Part shown: piece by piece, positions 1 to 10,487 of the stretch
Layout of the letters: each line of letters opens with the position of its first letter
Position numbering within the stretch: the first letter of the stretch is position 1
DNA from: Candidatus Zixiibacteriota bacterium
GTDB lineage: Bacteria; Zixibacteria; MSB-5A5; CAIYYT01
NCBI GenBank assembly: GCA_040235515.1
Contig: JBECKX010000045.1
Span: forward strand, 1 to 42,563
DNA: 42,563 nt
Reading direction: 5' to 3'
Notes under the pieces: model-generated
What the model saw: only the letters and a program-made list of their open reading frames with translations
The model's database searches: none
Told to the model about the DNA's origin: nothing
Position numbers and translations under genes: made by a program

Positions 1-128
1 TTGACGGTAAGCGGCCGAAAGGCGTTGCGGACCTCCGGACGGTTAATCGTAATCTTGGCGATTCCTTCGGCTTTGTGATACTCGATATCGGTGAAATTGC
101 CGACAGACTGCCAGCTAATCGTACTCAT
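1..128 (-). CDS. menB: 1,4-dihydroxy-2-naphthoyl-CoA synthase, N-terminal part (runs off the window edge)
   Basis: Not in the ORF track. Manual translation gives [42 protein letters not shown], with the typical Men[15 protein letters not shown] motif; GGAGG RBS upstream; follows menH. Confidence 0.93.
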   Translation of the reverse strand, partial: MSTISWQSVGNFTDIEYHKAEGIAKITINRPEVRNAFRPLTV

Positions 129-166
129 GCTTTAACTATCCTCCGGGAATGGTCGTTTCGGCAGCC

Positions 167-970
167 TCAGCCGGTGACCAGTACACGTTCATCGATGAAA
201 CGTCGCACTGCGGTCGTGAATGCCAGCGATCGCTCGAGATGGCAGTTGTGGCCGGCATCGGCGATCACCGTCCAGTCAACGTGCTGGATCAACTCCGTCA
301 TGCGGCGTGAGATACGGGTATACTCGCGATCCTTCGCCCCCGAGAGCAGTTTCACGGGAACGTGAAGTTCTCCAAGGCGATCCCACAGTGGCGCCTGCTT
401 GCCGGGACTCAGTTGCTCCAACATCGCTGCCAGTGAATTCGCGTCTTGTGAAGCGCGCGCCTCGATCAGCGCCGATACCAGGTGCGACTGCTCACTGATC
501 GAATCGAATAAAGGTTGATGGTACCACTCCTCGAAGAAATCCTCCGCACCGTAGTCGCGCAGTCGCTGCGCCCGGTCGGTATCGAGCGAGCTTCGCATCT
601 GCCGCTCATACTCGCCCTCCAGCCCGGGATTGGCGCTTTCCAGTATCAGGGCTTGAAGAGTTGACTGGTGATCCAGGGCATACTGAAGTGCAATCCTGCC
701 TCCAAGCGAATAGCCCAGCGGGATGACATCAGACAGCTCCAACCTGTCGACGAGCTTTCTGATCTCGCCTGCTACCGTGGTCAGGGAGATGTTCTCCTGA
801 GCAATGTTCAAAGGTGATTTGCCGTGCCCCGGCAGGTCGGGGGCGAGACAGTAGAATTCGTCGGAGAGCTGAGCAATCAGCTCATTCCAGTCGGTACAGA
901 GGCCACCAAATCCATGCAGCATCAAAACGGCAGGATTGTGCATCTCACCTTCGGCTATGTAGTGCAACAT
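167..970 (-). CDS. menH: SHCHC synthase (alpha/beta hydrolase)
   Basis: LHGFGG, DLPGHG, GYSLGG nucleophile elbow, ESANPG, AGHNCHLE; lies between menD and menB; GGAGGAG RBS. Confidence 0.9.
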   Translation of the reverse strand: MLHYIAEGEMHNPAVLMLHGFGGLCTDWNELIAQLSDEFYCLAPDLPGHGKSPLNIAQENISLTTVAGEIRKLVDRLELSDVIPLGYSLGGRIALQYALDHQSTLQALILESANPGLEGEYERQMRSSLDTDRAQRLRDYGAEDFFEEWYHQPLFDSISEQSHLVSALIEARASQDANSLAAMLEQLSPGKQAPLWDRLGELHVPVKLLSGAKDREYTRISRRMTELIQHVDWTVIADAGHNCHLERSLAFTTAVRRFIDERVLVTG

Positions 971-1006
971 CGGATTACTCCTCCGCTTACAATCTTTCCA
1001 TAATTG

Positions 1007-2779
1007 TCAATTGGCCGCGATGATCCGCTGTGCCGCATCTCGCAGCCGTTTCCAGTATTCCCTGTGCTGAACCACACTACGATCGCGGTCGAGCTTGATC
1101 TCGATTATCACCGGTCGCTCTCCCTTGATGGAGTGGCGATATATGGTTGCAAAGTCACGCTGATTCAGCGGCTGGTAATATTTGATCCCGAACATGTCGG
1201 CTGCATGGGCGAAATCGAAATGATGCGGTGTTCTAAAGAACTCCTCAAAATGCGCCTCGACCCTCGCTACAGGAAGATACGAAAAAATCTCACCGCCGTC
1301 ATTGTTAAGAATTACGATTGTCAGCGGTACTTCAGTTGCACTAACCAGCGCGAGCGAATTCAGGTCATGCAGCGTCGCCAGGTCGCCTATCAACAATGTC
1401 GTATGTTGTTTAGTGGCGATGGCATAGCCAACCGCCGATGCAATCGTGCCATCGATGCCGTTAACGCCGCGATTGGCGGTTACGCGGATCGGATGGCTGC
1501 CTCCCCCGGCGAAGCTGTTAGCTTCTCTGATCGCCATGCTCGTAGCCAGATAGAGCGAACGAGGATTGGAATCGATTGTCGGTCCGCAACTTTCGACTGC
1601 AACCCTGCTGCTCAACAATAACTGGTCCGACGCTGCAAACCACTCCTCGATGGCATTTGCAGATGCCTTTTCGAGCGACTGCATTACAGGAAGCAATTCC
1701 GATGGGGTAATCTCCAGCTTGAGCAAGCTCCGCAGCACATCATGATAGCGGTCGGAAATCCTCTCTGTTACGCGATGGAACGGATCGATCGTGCGATTCC
1801 CCGGCGCGACGACGATGTAACCAGCTGACGCTTGCGCGGCGTAACCCGCCACGAATTTACTGATCGGGGTTCTGCCGAATTGGATCACCAGATCGGCGTG
1901 CAAAGCCTCGGCTATCTCCTCGAATCGCAGGTAGCCATCAGCGAAACTGATTACCTCATCCGAGCCACCCACGCAAAATCGGGTTTGCGAACAAATGTCA
2001 GAGATCAGGGGCCATCGCCACCTTTGCGCCAATTGTACGATCGCCGCTCCGACATCAGGATCCTCGATGACACCCGCAATCAAGACACCGCGCCGGGCAG
2101 CCGTGATTCTGCCGATCAAAGAATCTGCCAGAGCGCCCGATTCGCCGGGAGTCAACTTTTCCACTTTGGAGTATGGCTCGGTTGAGCTGGTCCAGTCGCG
2201 CAGTTCCTCAAGCTCTTCGGAGAAATCACGAGGCGCGCTTGTCGGAGCCAGCGGTTCGCGGAAGCGACAATTCAGATGCACCGGACCGGCGTTGGCGTCC
2301 GCTGCCTTCGCAACGGCCCGGTCAACACAACTAAGCAGAAACTCAGGCCTCGTTGTCGGCTCTCCCAGCGACAGATCGCTTGCGTATCTGGTGAAGTTGC
2401 CGAACATCCCCCGTTGATCCGTGGTTTGATAGGAGTCGCAATTCAGTGCTTCCAGCGGTCGGTCAGCGGTGAGGAGAATTAGTGGCGTTCCTGACTCATG
2501 CCCTTCCACAACCGCCGGCAGGTAGTTGGCCACCGCGGTCCCGGAGGTACAGATGACTGCTGCAGGCCTGCCACATCCCCGCGCATAACCGAGCGCGCAG
2601 AAGGCGGCACCGCGTTCATCGAAGTGTGTGATCGTTTCGGCGGCATTGTTCTCGGCTGCGGCGATAACCAGCGGTGTGTTGCGCGATCCGGGAGAGATGC
2701 AGAAGAACGTGATACCACAACGCACCAGTTCTTCGATAATCAGATTGGCATGAAGTTGATTCAGATTAGCCGCTTTCAC
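1007..2779 (-). CDS. menD: SEPHCHC synthase (ThDP-dependent)
   Basis: SPGSRNTPL, DERGAAF, CTSGTAVANY, ANRGVNGIDG, GDLATLHDLN...NNDGG ThDP motif. Confidence 0.96.
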   Translation of the reverse strand: MKAANLNQLHANLIIEELVRCGITFFCISPGSRNTPLVIAAAENNAAETITHFDERGAAFCALGYARGCGRPAAVICTSGTAVANYLPAVVEGHESGTPLILLTADRPLEALNCDSYQTTDQRGMFGNFTRYASDLSLGEPTTRPEFLLSCVDRAVAKAADANAGPVHLNCRFREPLAPTSAPRDFSEELEELRDWTSSTEPYSKVEKLTPGESGALADSLIGRITAARRGVLIAGVIEDPDVGAAIVQLAQRWRWPLISDICSQTRFCVGGSDEVISFADGYLRFEEIAEALHADLVIQFGRTPISKFVAGYAAQASAGYIVVAPGNRTIDPFHRVTERISDRYHDVLRSLLKLEITPSELLPVMQSLEKASANAIEEWFAASDQLLLSSRVAVESCGPTIDSNPRSLYLATSMAIREANSFAGGGSHPIRVTANRGVNGIDGTIASAVGYAIATKQHTTLLIGDLATLHDLNSLALVSATEVPLTIVILNNDGGEIFSYLPVARVEAHFEEFFRTPHHFDFAHAADMFGIKYYQPLNQRDFATIYRHSIKGERPVIIEIKLDRDRSVVQHREYWKRLRDAAQRIIAAN

Positions 2780-2812
2780 CTTGATGAACCCGATACTCCC
2801 TGCCGGGCAGGA

Positions 2813-4237
2813 TCAGCCGGCTCCCTCCAGCACGGTCAGGATCGTGGCGAGCTTCTGATTTAACTCCGCCCACTCCAGTTCTGCATCTGATCCGGGCACT
2901 ATCCCGGCTCCGGCGTATAGAGAAATCTTGTTGGGGCTGAGGGAGAGTGACCTGATCGCAACAGTAAATTCGGCGCGGCCCTTGCCCACCACGCCGACGG
3001 CGCCGGCGTAATACTGACGGTCGAAGCCATCCAGTTTGCTGATCAATTCGAGCGCCCTGTCTCGGGGGGAACCGCACACAGCCGGAGTTGGAAACATGTG
3101 CGAGAATAAGTCTCCCAGCTTGGAAGTGTCAGCCAGCTTGCCACTGAATCGGGTCATCAGGTGCTGGACTTTTGGCAACTTCAATAAGCTCGGCGTGGCC
3201 GGCAAATCCTCGGTATCGATACAAAACTTCTCAACTGCGTTTCTGACCGCCTCAATCACGAATCGCTGCTCTTCGATATTTTTCTCCGAGTGAAGCAAGT
3301 CCTCGGCCAGCCGTTGGTCCTCTTCCGGAGTCGCTCCCCGCGGCGCTGTTCCGGCGATCGCCTCTGTCGTAAGTTGCCGACCGCTGATTTTGAAGAGCCG
3401 TTCGGGCGAGACGCCGAGAAACGTACACTCTTCATCCACCTGAAACAGAAAAGCGCATGCCTTCTGATTGTATTGCTGTAGTTGCCGAAGCAGGGCGAAT
3501 GGATCGATAGCTTGCTCCAGCTCAAGGTCGGTTCTGCGGGCCAGCACGATCTTGCCGACCTCTCCGGATCTGGTAGCGGCGAGTACCGCTTCAATGTTAC
3601 GCTGCCACTCCCTGCGGTCAGGCAGGTCGCTGCGAATCATGCTTTTCGTTGTTGCCAACTCAGGGATCACAGGCACAGGAATGCCCAAAACACCGGCTAA
3701 CTCTTCCAACCGCCTGCGAGGCGCTTCCTGGACATTATTGAGGTTGAGCGTCAGACTGTAGTTCTCGCCAACTCGCGCCAGCAACAACTCAGGAGTGACA
3801 ATCCTCGTGCGAACTTCGTGCAGCGAAGAACTGTTCCGCTCAAGATTGAAAGGTGCCACAACGTAAACCAGCGGCACCGTTGAAGTCTCTCCGTTCCTGA
3901 TGGCATCGTCAAACGTGTTCAGCGCTGCGGTCAGCTCCGATCGACTACCGAGCAACAACTGGTGGGCAATCCCAACTGCTGCGACTTCAAGCTCCCCGTT
4001 GCGACTTCTCCAGTAAAACCTGGCGTTGCCTTTCCGCGAATAGAGCCATGCCAGCAGATCGGTCGCTGCAAGCGGGATTGTTATGCTCAGATGACGTCTG
4101 GAGTCGTGCGCTCCGGAGCCGGCTTGATCGTTGAGGCGTTCGCGAACTTCATCCAGCAAAGCCGCCTCGGTTATGGCAAGCGGTTCGGTCGCCAGAGCAT
4201 CCCTGGCCCTGACCATATCAGGATTACTTTGTGTCAT
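2813..4237 (-). CDS. menF: Isochorismate synthase
   Basis: Chorismate-binding motifs KIVLAR, SPERL, AIAGT, VQHL, FPTPAVCG, YAGAGIV; located in the men operon. Confidence 0.92.
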   Translation of the reverse strand: MTQSNPDMVRARDALATEPLAITEAALLDEVRERLNDQAGSGAHDSRRHLSITIPLAATDLLAWLYSRKGNARFYWRSRNGELEVAAVGIAHQLLLGSRSELTAALNTFDDAIRNGETSTVPLVYVVAPFNLERNSSSLHEVRTRIVTPELLLARVGENYSLTLNLNNVQEAPRRRLEELAGVLGIPVPVIPELATTKSMIRSDLPDRREWQRNIEAVLAATRSGEVGKIVLARRTDLELEQAIDPFALLRQLQQYNQKACAFLFQVDEECTFLGVSPERLFKISGRQLTTEAIAGTAPRGATPEEDQRLAEDLLHSEKNIEEQRFVIEAVRNAVEKFCIDTEDLPATPSLLKLPKVQHLMTRFSGKLADTSKLGDLFSHMFPTPAVCGSPRDRALELISKLDGFDRQYYAGAVGVVGKGRAEFTVAIRSLSLSPNKISLYAGAGIVPGSDAELEWAELNQKLATILTVLEGAG

Positions 4238-5207
4238 TAGCTCGCGATGAGATTACAGTCTGATGTAACTTGCGGGATCGATTTACGAACTCGACGAGCG
4301 TGTTCAGTTCGAGCGCTTGTTTGCCGTCAGAGAGCGCATGCTCAGGCTGAGGATGGACCTCTACCATAATCCCGTTTGCGCCGGCTGCGATGGCCGCCGC
4401 AGTCAGCGGCTCTACCAGATCAGATCGTCCCACAGCATGAGATGCATCGGCGATTACGGGCAACCCGCTCTCCGCCTTTGCCAATAACATTCCGCCCAGG
4501 TCAAGAGTATGCGCCAGTTGTGGCTCGAATGTGCGGATGCCACGCTCACAAAGAACAATCTCTGAGTTCCCGCCCTCCTGAATGTAGCGAGCTGATTCAA
4601 GCCACTCTCGCACTGTAGCCGCCATTCCTCGCTTGAGCAGGATTGGCTTATTGATCGACCCGAGCGCAGTCAGCAACGTGTAGTTAAACATGTTGCGCGA
4701 TCCGACCTGAATCATGTCAGCGTATTCAGTAGCGATATCGAGATGCTGGCGGTCCATCACTTCGGTAACTACGGAGAGATGGTGACGATCTGCGTACTTC
4801 CTTAACAGCTCAAGCCCGGGTCTGCCAAGTCCCTGGAAGGAATCGGGGGAAGTTCTTGGCTTATAGGCTCCTCCGCGCAGAATGGTTACGCCGGCTGGCT
4901 CCATCACTTCAGTAATCGCGGCGAGCTGCTCCTCCGACTCAACTGCACAAGGTCCGGCGATGATCGCCAGCTGGCGGGGATCGGCAATCTGTGCGAACAG
5001 ACTCGACTCCGGCTTGCGGCTCAGCGTCAGGCTGCGTCGATCGATTCCCAGTTGCTCCAGTCGCTGCATCACTGCCTCTGACGGATTCCCGAGAATCCTG
5101 ACAACCGAGCGATCATGCTCGGAGATATCGTAGTCGATTCCCTCGGCGGTCAGAAAATCAACCAGCGATTCTCTGCGGGTATCGCCTTTCGCAAAAGCGT
5201 AAATCAC
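4224..5207 (-). CDS. aroF: DAHP synthase, type I-beta (3-deoxy-7-phosphoheptulonate synthase)
   Basis: IAGPCAVES, GAYKPRTSP-SFQG, LLKRG, CERGIRTF, DASH, EVHP...SDG; GTGA overlap with the menG stop. Confidence 0.93.
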   Translation of the reverse strand: MIYAFAKGDTRRESLVDFLTAEGIDYDISEHDRSVVRILGNPSEAVMQRLEQLGIDRRSLTLSRKPESSLFAQIADPRQLAIIAGPCAVESEEQLAAITEVMEPAGVTILRGGAYKPRTSPDSFQGLGRPGLELLRKYADRHHLSVVTEVMDRQHLDIATEYADMIQVGSRNMFNYTLLTALGSINKPILLKRGMAATVREWLESARYIQEGGNSEIVLCERGIRTFEPQLAHTLDLGGMLLAKAESGLPVIADASHAVGRSDLVEPLTAAAIAAGANGIMVEVHPQPEHALSDGKQALELNTLVEFVNRSRKLHQTVISSRANDTK

Positions 5208-5950
5208 GCTTTGGTTCCTTCATAGATGGTAACTATGCCAAATGTCAGCGGAATCGCCCTCACCTGCAAGAATCCCGCTTCCTCCATCAGTAAACAGAAC
5301 TCTTTTCCATGGAGATAAGTTTCAACCGTCTTGTTCAAATAGCGATAAGCGAAATCATCTCCGGAGATCAATCTCCCGATCCCGGGAACAATCGTCCGCA
5401 GATAGAAGAGGTGGAGTTTGCGAAGTATCGGATTCTGCGGCAGCGAGAATTCCAGCACCAGTGCTTTGCCGTTCGGACGAAGTAGTCTCAGCATTTCTTT
5501 CAGGCAAGCGGTCGTGTCGGGCATGTTCCGGATCCCGAATGCGATCGTGACCGCATCTACCGACCCAGATACCAGCGGAATGGAAAGCCCGTCGCCCCGT
5601 GCGATTGTGACAGTACCCTGTCCGCGCTTGCTTTCAATCTTCGTGCCGGCGAGCTTGAGCATCTCCTCAGACTTATCCACTCCAACCACGAAGCAATCCT
5701 TGCGCTTGCCGGACGCCGTCAAAGCGACATCGGCTGTACCGGTAGCGAGGTCGAGCAGTTTCAGCGGGTTGACCCGCGGTAGTCGGCCGACCAGGCGCTT
5801 ACGCCAATAGCTGTCGATTCCGAGCGATAGCAGGCGGTTGAGCAGGTCGTAGCGATGCGAGATGCGATCGAACATGCGATGCGCTTCGTCGCGCGACGGT
5901 CCCGCCGGAACCCCTGATACCTGAACTACTTCTGCAGCCTGTCGAGCCAA
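5204..5950 (-). CDS. menG: Demethylmenaquinone methyltransferase (UbiE/MenG)
   Basis: MFDRIS-RYDLLN-LLSLG, LDLATGTAD SAM motif, TIAFGIRN, LEFS; TTG start with GGAGGAG RBS. Confidence 0.94.
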   Translation of the reverse strand: MARQAAEVVQVSGVPAGPSRDEAHRMFDRISHRYDLLNRLLSLGIDSYWRKRLVGRLPRVNPLKLLDLATGTADVALTASGKRKDCFVVGVDKSEEMLKLAGTKIESKRGQGTVTIARGDGLSIPLVSGSVDAVTIAFGIRNMPDTTACLKEMLRLLRPNGKALVLEFSLPQNPILRKLHLFYLRTIVPGIGRLISGDDFAYRYLNKTVETYLHGKEFCLLMEEAGFLQVRAIPLTFGIVTIYEGTKA

Positions 5951-6033
5951 AACACTCCTCCAATTGGGCTCTCTAATGATGAGCCGCCAGAATCCTCCAC
6001 ACGATTCTGGTCGCCGCTCTCTCAGAACTGCAA

Positions 6034-6062
6034 AATATACGCCCCGAACCCCGCGATTGCAA
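6034..6062 (-). promoter_or_regulatory. Sigma70-type promoter of the men operon
   Basis: Minus strand TTGCAA-17 nt-TATATT, about 80 nt upstream of menG. Confidence 0.6.
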
Positions 6063-6114
6063 ACATTTCGCCCGGAAATGGTCGCGGGTCGCAGGCTGGT
6101 TCAGCCGGGGGATA

Positions 6115-9100
6115 TCAGATTGTGGAAATAGGTGATTGTCCGACAGAATGCCGGTTACGAGCGAAGGCTTCGACCAGTGCTTCGAGCGGAGGCAGGGCAG
6201 AATTGCAGATTGAGTATCCGGAATTCTGCACATATTCGGGCAACTCAACATCTGGTCTCGAGATGATCAGCGCGTTCAGCTTGTCCGCCTTCAACTGCTC
6301 AATGACGTGCGCTGAGTCGATCGGATGGAGTCCGAAGATATCGACCAGCGTCAGGCTGGAGTCAGGCTCGATCTCTGCGGCAATTCGTTCGAATTCCTCA
6401 ACATCGGCAGCACTGAAAACGTTGATGTCGCAAGCCTCGAATGAGATGTGTGTGTGCTCAAGCAATGCGGAATCGATCGAGACCACGACGACATCCTTGA
6501 GGTCGGCCGGCAGCGGAATCGACGGTTCGATTTCGGTGCCTACCGGAATTCGTATCGTGAAGGTTGTCCCGACTCCGACTCTACTCTTTACGGAGATATC
6601 TGCGCCGAACCTTGTAAGGATGTTTCTGCAGATCGAGAGCCCCAGGCCCGTGCCCTGAATCTTCGAGCCTCCCCATACGCCCTTCGTCGAAAAGAAGGGG
6701 TCAAAGATTCGCTTGAGATCGGACGGTTCAATCCCAACCCCGGTGTCACCGACTCTCATCTCGACAAAATCTCCGTCATCGCGTGTGATGATCGTCATGA
6801 CGCCGCTGCCCGGCATCGCGTGGCGTGCGTTGAGCATCAGATTGAAGATCACCTGCTGGAGCTGGTTGGCGTTCGCCCGGACGCGCTGTACCGCATCGAG
6901 TTTCTCAACAATCTCTATGTTATCGCCTCTCAGCTCGCTGCGACCGAACTTGAGAGTGGCGAGGATCAGGTCATTGAGATTCACCAGTTCGAGCCCGTCG
7001 TTGGACTTCCGCGAGTAGGTCAGGAGTGACACCGCCACCTCGTTGGCTTTCTCACCAATCTCGATTATCTGGTCGAATGCTTCGCGAGCATTCTTAGTGC
7101 CATCATCATCGTCAAGATAGTCGCGGGCAAACGAAGCATGGCCGATGATCCCCGCCAGGTAGTTCTTGAATTCATGGGCGATTCCGGCGGCGAGCGTTCC
7201 GATCGAGACGTACTTATCGCTTTCGATCATCTTGTCTCGTTGTTCATTCTCGAAGGTCTTGTCGCGAATGATCAACGTGATATGCACCTTGTCGTTGAAC
7301 GCCACCGTGCTGTGCGAGACCTGTATCGGGAACTCACCCTCATCACGGCGAAGTCCTTTGGTCTCGAAACTGCTCGATCCATGTTTGCTGGTCAGGCTTT
7401 CAAGATCGAGAGAAGGCACGAACTCCAGAATCGAATTACACTTCCGCTTAGCCAACCTGGCGCCGAAGATTCGCTCTGCCGCCCGGTTGAAGTTGAGGAT
7501 GCAGCCAGCGTCATCGATGACGACAATTCCCTCGGCCGCCGAGTCGAGGATGGCCTTCAGCTTTGACTCATTCTCGACGATGCGTTGCTCAGACAGTTTG
7601 CGACTCGTGATATCTCTCGCGATAGCGACGAATTTCAACTCTTTCTCGATCAACATCGGATTCACGGCCAGCGCCAGCGGGAACAACTGTCCGGAGCGCC
7701 GTCTGATTCCAATCAGCTCTTCATTACTCAAGCCAACCGTCGTTCGGTGCGGGCGGTTCTTGTCCAGTAGATTGGCTTTAAAAGCGATCGCCTCCTGTTC
7801 CGCTATCAGATGGAAGAAATCACTGCCGAGAGCCTCCTCCTCGGAATGTTCGAATATCTGCGCCGCGGCCGGATTGAATATCTCGATCCTGCCCTCCTCA
7901 TCGAATGCGATGATGCCATCGACGGCGGAATTGATCAGGGTGTCAATCTTGATCAGGTTTTCCCTGATCTCCCGTTCCTGCTGGAGCCGCTCCGTGATAT
8001 CACGCATGCCTGCGAGCAGCAGTTTCTCGCCGCGCACGGTGATCTGTTTCATCATGATTTCGGCATCAACCAGTTCGCCATCCTTCCGTTTGTGCTTCCA
8101 GAAGAATCGCTGTGGTCTGCCCTCCATAGCTCGCTTGATCAACTCCTTGGCAGCTACCGCAGATGGTTCGCCGTTCGGCTGGTACACGGGCGACGCGTCA
8201 TAAGGATTCATTCCGATCAGCTCTTCACGACTGTATCCCAGGATCTCCGCTGCCTGATTGTTGCAGTCGACGATCTGATGCGCCAGCAGGAGATAGCCGT
8301 CGGTCGCACTCTCAAACAGGTGCCGATAGAGCGATTCGCTCTCCTCTACTCGTCTTTCGATCTGCTTACGTTCCGTGATATTCTCGATCATCGCGATCAG
8401 GTAGTTTGCTTTGCCCGATGCATCGGTGAACGCGGTTGCGGAAACCTGGCCCCACTTCAGTGTGCCATTGGCGTGGACAAACCTGTATTCCATATGGATC
8501 GGCTTTGACCCTCGCGTCTCTATAAGCTTCCGGATCTCAGACCTGACCGACTCGCGGACGTCGCTATGGCAGACGTCGGCAGCCGGAGTTCCCACCAGTT
8601 CATCCGCGGAGCGGCCGATAAACTGCTGGAAGGCCCGATTTGTGTCGCGGAAGGTCCCATCCAGGTTGATCGTGACCATGCCTATGCGGAGATCGCGGAA
8701 TATCGTCTGGAAACGCGATTCACTCTCCCGCAGAGCGGTTTCAGCCGCCAACTGTTCCGTAACGTCGCGCATCACACCGAATGATCCGATCAGTTTGCCA
8801 TCGATCAATCTTGGGGCTATCGCGACATCAACCGTCCGCATTTCACCATCTTGACGAATCACTCTCACTCGAACCTGCGCACGTTCACCACGCATGATGT
8901 TCTTCAAAATCGGCGCGTGATGCACCAAGTCATCCGGCGGGATGATATCGCGGAGAGTCATTCCGACCAGCTCTTTGCGGCTGTAGCCAAGCATGCGGGT
9001 AGCGGCGGGATTGCAGTAGATGAATGTCTCGTTCAGGTCGGTTACCAGCAGACCATCACCCTGGTTCTCGATCAGGAAGCGATAGCGCTCTTCGCTCAAC

Positions 9101-10176
9101 TCCAGCTCCGCCTTGGCTTGTTTCTCGGCAGAGACATCAATCAAGACGCCGTTCCAGACCACACTGCCGTCATCCTGCCTGGTTGGCAGCGAGGAGCCGC
9201 GGATCCACTTCCCCCCCTGTTTGCCGATTATTCGGAAATCACGATTCCAGGGCGTAAGCTGCGAGTAAGACTCCTGAATCGATTCGAGGAGCGCTTCCAG
9301 ATCCTCCTTATGCACATTCTGAAATATCGTGGTGCCATCTTCATGTAGCTCCTCCGGGACATGCGACAGGAGACCCTCGACGGCATTACTCATGAACGGA
9401 AAAGTAAACTTGCCATCCGGTGTCATCTTCGCCTGATAGACCACCGCCGGCAAGCCTGCAGTCATCGTTAGCAGGAGTTCCTCGCTCTCCTGAAGCTGTC
9501 TCAGTTGCAGGTATCGCGCTCGCTCCGACGAGGTGAGTCGATTCGCCACGACCGTGCCATATGCGGACGAGGCGATCAACGCAATGAAGGCCAGCAGATT
9601 CAAGACCGCGTCAAGCTGGTTGCGCCGCTTGAGATGATTCGACTGCCTGGTCAGGGAGGCTATATGGATTGCGCGTGCCCTGGCTTTGAGAACGTCCAGG
9701 CTGCTGAGGAGATCAGAGAGTCGAGCTTCGGTATATAGCTCCGCCAGTTCGTTTTCTTCGAAGGATGAGCGCCGGGTATACAGGGTGGAGTCAATCTCCG
9801 CAAGGATCACATTCGCATCCTCCAGCGTTGAAGCCACCATCCGGTCAAAATCAGCTTCGTAGTCGTCAAATGGAGTCTCCCTGGGGAACTGCTTGATAGC
9901 ACCGCAGAGAGCTACCACACTATCCTGCTGGCGGCGATAGACTATCATCGTTGACGGTGTGGGGTTTTCCTCCATGATGCTCTCCGCGGTCAGCATGAAC
10001 TGGACGGTTTCACGCTGCAACGAGTCGGCAGCCGCAAACCAGGGATCCCATGCTGCGTCCGCTCGCAGCAGGTCCTCGACGACATTGTCCGTCTCCCACT
10101 TCGAGTAGAACGTAACCGCGACAACCACCAGCGCTATCAGCAAGGCGGAATAGTAGCCACGCAGCCAACGGGGCAT
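6115..10176 (-). CDS. Membrane-bound multi-PAS sensor histidine kinase with a degenerate C-terminal receiver-like domain
   Basis: Two TM helices around a helical periplasmic domain, about six PAS/PAC repeats, H-box GIAHEFKN, N-box NLMLNARHAM, DTGVG, FDPFFSTK, GTGLGL. Start moved from 10341 to ATG 10176 (G-rich RBS, precedes TM1). Confidence 0.9.
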   Translation of the reverse strand: MPRWLRGYYSALLIALVVVAVTFYSKWETDNVVEDLLRADAAWDPWFAAADSLQRETVQFMLTAESIMEENPTPSTMIVYRRQQDSVVALCGAIKQFPRETPFDDYEADFDRMVASTLEDANVILAEIDSTLYTRRSSFEENELAELYTEARLSDLLSSLDVLKARARAIHIASLTRQSNHLKRRNQLDAVLNLLAFIALIASSAYGTVVANRLTSSERARYLQLRQLQESEELLLTMTAGLPAVVYQAKMTPDGKFTFPFMSNAVEGLLSHVPEELHEDGTTIFQNVHKEDLEALLESIQESYSQLTPWNRDFRIIGKQGGKWIRGSSLPTRQDDGSVVWNGVLIDVSAEKQAKAELELSEERYRFLIENQGDGLLVTDLNETFIYCNPAATRMLGYSRKELVGMTLRDIIPPDDLVHHAPILKNIMRGERAQVRVRVIRQDGEMRTVDVAIAPRLIDGKLIGSFGVMRDVTEQLAAETALRESESRFQTIFRDLRIGMVTINLDGTFRDTNRAFQQFIGRSADELVGTPAADVCHSDVRESVRSEIRKLIETRGSKPIHMEYRFVHANGTLKWGQVSATAFTDASGKANYLIAMIENITERKQIERRVEESESLYRHLFESATDGYLLLAHQIVDCNNQAAEILGYSREELIGMNPYDASPVYQPNGEPSAVAAKELIKRAMEGRPQRFFWKHKRKDGELVDAEIMMKQITVRGEKLLLAGMRDITERLQQEREIRENLIKIDTLINSAVDGIIAFDEEGRIEIFNPAAAQIFEHSEEEALGSDFFHLIAEQEAIAFKANLLDKNRPHRTTVGLSNEELIGIRRRSGQLFPLALAVNPMLIEKELKFVAIARDITSRKLSEQRIVENESKLKAILDSAAEGIVVIDDAGCILNFNRAAERIFGARLAKRKCNSILEFVPSLDLESLTSKHGSSSFETKGLRRDEGEFPIQVSHSTVAFNDKVHITLIIRDKTFENEQRDKMIESDKYVSIGTLAAGIAHEFKNYLAGIIGHASFARDYLDDDDGTKNAREAFDQIIEIGEKANEVAVSLLTYSRKSNDGLELVNLNDLILATLKFGRSELRGDNIEIVEKLDAVQRVRANANQLQQVIFNLMLNARHAMPGSGVMTIITRDDGDFVEMRVGDTGVGIEPSDLKRIFDPFFSTKGVWGGSKIQGTGLGLSICRNILTRFGADISVKSRVGVGTTFTIRIPVGTEIEPSIPLPADLKDVVVVSIDSALLEHTHISFEACDINVFSAADVEEFERIAAEIEPDSSLTLVDIFGLHPIDSAHVIEQLKADKLNALIISRPDVELPEYVQNSGYSICNSALPPLEALVEAFARNRHSVGQSPISTI

Positions 10177-10487
10177 TTCCCCCACTTTGAGACTGATACT
10201 GCTGAATAATGACACGCGGAATCTCCAAAGCCTTTGAACATCTGCCAACTCGGCGAGCCTGCCCCTCAACCGAGAATGCCGCTCATCGAATGCACCTTTG
10301 GTACCCCCATTTTGGCAGCGTCTCACGATCGGTCGAGTCAACGCTACCCGGTTGAACCAGCATCGCTGCGTTCAATGGGATTCCCGGTGTTTCAAAACGA
10401 CCGGGTTTCTCTCTATCTCTATCGGAAGATTAGGGACAAAATGTAGCTGATCTTATTGATTTATGGGGAGTTATTGCGGTCTGTGCC

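Noticed and set aside
6122..9738. Many long + strand ORFs (e.g. 7166..8203, 7810..8508)
   Set aside because: Antisense shadows of the histidine kinase in GC-rich DNA, with no recognisable motifs.
10177..10341. N-terminal extensions from the ORF track (also 25220-25330 and 39746-39775)
   Set aside because: Downstream ATGs have better RBSs and start directly at signal or TM segments; a promoter lies inside the 25220-25330 extension.
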